A stretch of 64,000 nucleotides of DNA from an uncultured candidatus Porisulfidus sp. (lineage in GTDB: Bacteria; Pseudomonadota; Gammaproteobacteria; Poriferisulfidales; Poriferisulfidaceae): positions 1,440,001-1,504,000 of the forward strand of contig OZ241993.1 of NCBI GenBank assembly GCA_965204575.1, read 5' to 3'. The notes beneath the pieces were generated by a model. It ran no database searches. It worked only from the letters and a program-made list of their open reading frames with translations, and was not told the DNA's origin. Below are positions 62,373 through 64,000 of the stretch, piece by piece (position 1 is the first letter of the stretch; every line of letters starts with the position of its first letter). The position numbers were made by a program, and so were the translations under genes.

Positions 62373-63317
62373 ATGACGTTTGCCTGTGTATTCCCAGGGC
62401 AGGGCGCCCAGAAGGTTGGAATGATGGCCAGCCTTGCCGAGGCTCATCCCGAAATCGAAGAAACCTTTGCGGAAGCCTCCGAGGCACTGGACGAGGATTT
62501 ATGGGAACTCGTCAGCGAAGGACCGGCTGAACAACTGAATCAGACCCGAAATTCCCAGCCGGTGTTGCTGGCCGCGGAAATTTCAATCTGGAGAGTGTGG
62601 CGGCAGCATGGAGGCCCGTTGCCTGCTTATCTCGCAGGGCATAGCTTTGGAGAATACTCGGCCTTGGTCGCGGCCGGTGCGTTGGAATTCTCCAGCGCGG
62701 CACCACTGGTGCGTCTCCGAGGGGATTTGATGCAGCAGGCGGTGGAGACAGGGGTCGGCAGCATGGCCGCAGTGCTTGGGCTTGAGGATGGCGAGGTGCG
62801 CGACGTTTGCGCGCAGATATCGTCGCCAGACGCGGTCGTCGAGACCGCGAACTTCAACGCGCCCGGGCAGGTGGTGCTGTCCGGGCATCGCTCGGCCGTG
62901 GAGAGGGCGACAGAGGCTTGCCAGGAAGCCGGCGCACGCCGCGCCATGTTATTGGATGTCAGCGTGCCCGCCCACTCCAGCCTGATGCGCCCGGCAGTCG
63001 ATCACTACGCGGAAGCCCTTGAGGCAGTAGAATTCACGCGCCCGGAAATTTCAGTCGTCAACAATGTCGATGTCCATGTGGAAACTGCCCCGGAGCGAAT
63101 CCGGGACGCACTGAAGCGGCAACTTTACTCGCCGGTGCGCTGGACGGAAAGTATACTGTGGATGGCAGAGCACGGCGTGGACATACAGATTGAAATGGGA
63201 CCGGGGAAAATTTTGACAGGGCTGAGCAGACGCATCAGCAAATCGGTACGCGGCTTGTGTTTGGAATCCCCGGACAGCTTGGAGCAAGCGCTCGGGGAGA
63301 TTGGAAATGCAGGGTGA
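62373..63317 (+). CDS. fabD: Malonyl-CoA-ACP transacylase
   Basis: FPGQGAQ, GHSFGEY, VSVPAHS, SPVRW. Confidence 0.96.
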   Translation: MTFACVFPGQGAQKVGMMASLAEAHPEIEETFAEASEALDEDLWELVSEGPAEQLNQTRNSQPVLLAAEISIWRVWRQHGGPLPAYLAGHSFGEYSALVAAGALEFSSAAPLVRLRGDLMQQAVETGVGSMAAVLGLEDGEVRDVCAQISSPDAVVETANFNAPGQVVLSGHRSAVERATEACQEAGARRAMLLDVSVPAHSSLMRPAVDHYAEALEAVEFTRPEISVVNNVDVHVETAPERIRDALKRQLYSPVRWTESILWMAEHGVDIQIEMGPGKILTGLSRRISKSVRGLCLESPDSLEQALGEIGNAG

Positions 63318-64000
63318 GAATGCTTTGGTCACCGGTGCCAGCCGGGGAATCGGCCGGGCCGTCGCGTTGGCACTAGCGAAAAACGGCGCCTACGTCACCG
63401 GCACCGCCACGGCGCAAGAGGGAGCGCAACAAGTCGGCGCTCTTTTGAGCGAGGCCGGATTGCAGGGCAATGGCGAAATCCTCCAGTCGCAGGACCCGGC
63501 CTCGATTGATGCGCTGCTCGCGCGCCTGGCGGAACAGGACCGCATGCCGACAATCCTGGTCAACAACGCCGGCATTGCCCGGGACAACATCCTGGTCCGC
63601 ATGAAGGACGAGGAATGGGATGATGTGCTCGCAACCAATCTCCGGGGAGTGTTTCAACTAACCCGCGGCTGTCTGCGCGGCATGCTCAAGGCTCGGCGCG
63701 GACGCATCATCAACCTATCCTCCGTGGTCGCCTTCATCGGCAACCCGGGACAGGCCAATTATGCCTCCACCAAGGCCGGATTGATCGGATTCACTCGGGC
63801 GCTGGCCCAGGAAGTCGGTGTGCGCGGCATCACGGTCAACTGCATTGCGCCCGGATTCATTGAGACGGACATGACCCGGACGCTCTCGGACGAGCAGCAG
63901 GACGGGCTGCGGCAGCGGATCCCGCTGCAGCGCCTGGGAACGGTTGATGACATCGCAGCTGCGGTGCTCTATCTGGCCGGGGAGGGGGGAGGATATATCA
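63307..64000 (+). CDS. fabG: 3-oxoacyl-ACP reductase (3' truncated by window)
   Basis: Manual translation from ATG 63307: MQGENALVTGASRGIG, NNAGI, YASTK, PGFIETDMT. Confidence 0.92.
   Translation, partial: MQGENALVTGASRGIGRAVALALAKNGAYVTGTATAQEGAQQVGALLSEAGLQGNGEILQSQDPASIDALLARLAEQDRMPTILVNNAGIARDNILVRMKDEEWDDVLATNLRGVFQLTRGCLRGMLKARRGRIINLSSVVAFIGNPGQANYASTKAGLIGFTRALAQEVGVRGITVNCIAPGFIETDMTRTLSDEQQDGLRQRIPLQRLGTVDDIAAAVLYLAGEGGGYI

Overview
High-GC chromosomal window, most likely from a gammaproteobacterium (gene orders such as coaBC-dut-algC, surE-pcm-yqaA-nlpD, alaC-hom-thrC; tmRNA tag ANDDNYALAA). Most of it is housekeeping (biotin, purine, Leu/Thr, TCA, Moco, tRNA modification, ClpA, fatty acid synthesis). 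It also holds a LIV-type ABC uptake operon with an acyl-CoA ligase-like gene and an H4MPT-dependent formaldehyde oxidation cluster (mptG-mtdB-orfY-mch-orf5-orf7-fae). Accessory DNA: a HigBA toxin-antitoxin pair, a low-GC nuclease gene, a low-GC restriction-modification-like islet and a DUF1295 pseudogene. The standout is an unusual TnpB system. Two diverged copies of a ~1.46-kb element (13214-14671, 28268-29726) carry only tnpB. They are bounded by 24-bp terminal inverted repeats and 8-bp target-site duplications, as in IS256/Mutator-like DDE transposons and unlike IS200/IS605. The putative omegaRNA scaffold ends (TCAA) inside the element, so the predicted guide is fixed and identical in both copies. 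A third, stand-alone copy of the 97-nt scaffold, with compensatory stem changes, its own candidate promoter and a different predicted guide, sits upstream of fae (39682-39778). All calls are by eye from the sequence and ORF track; no database searches were run.
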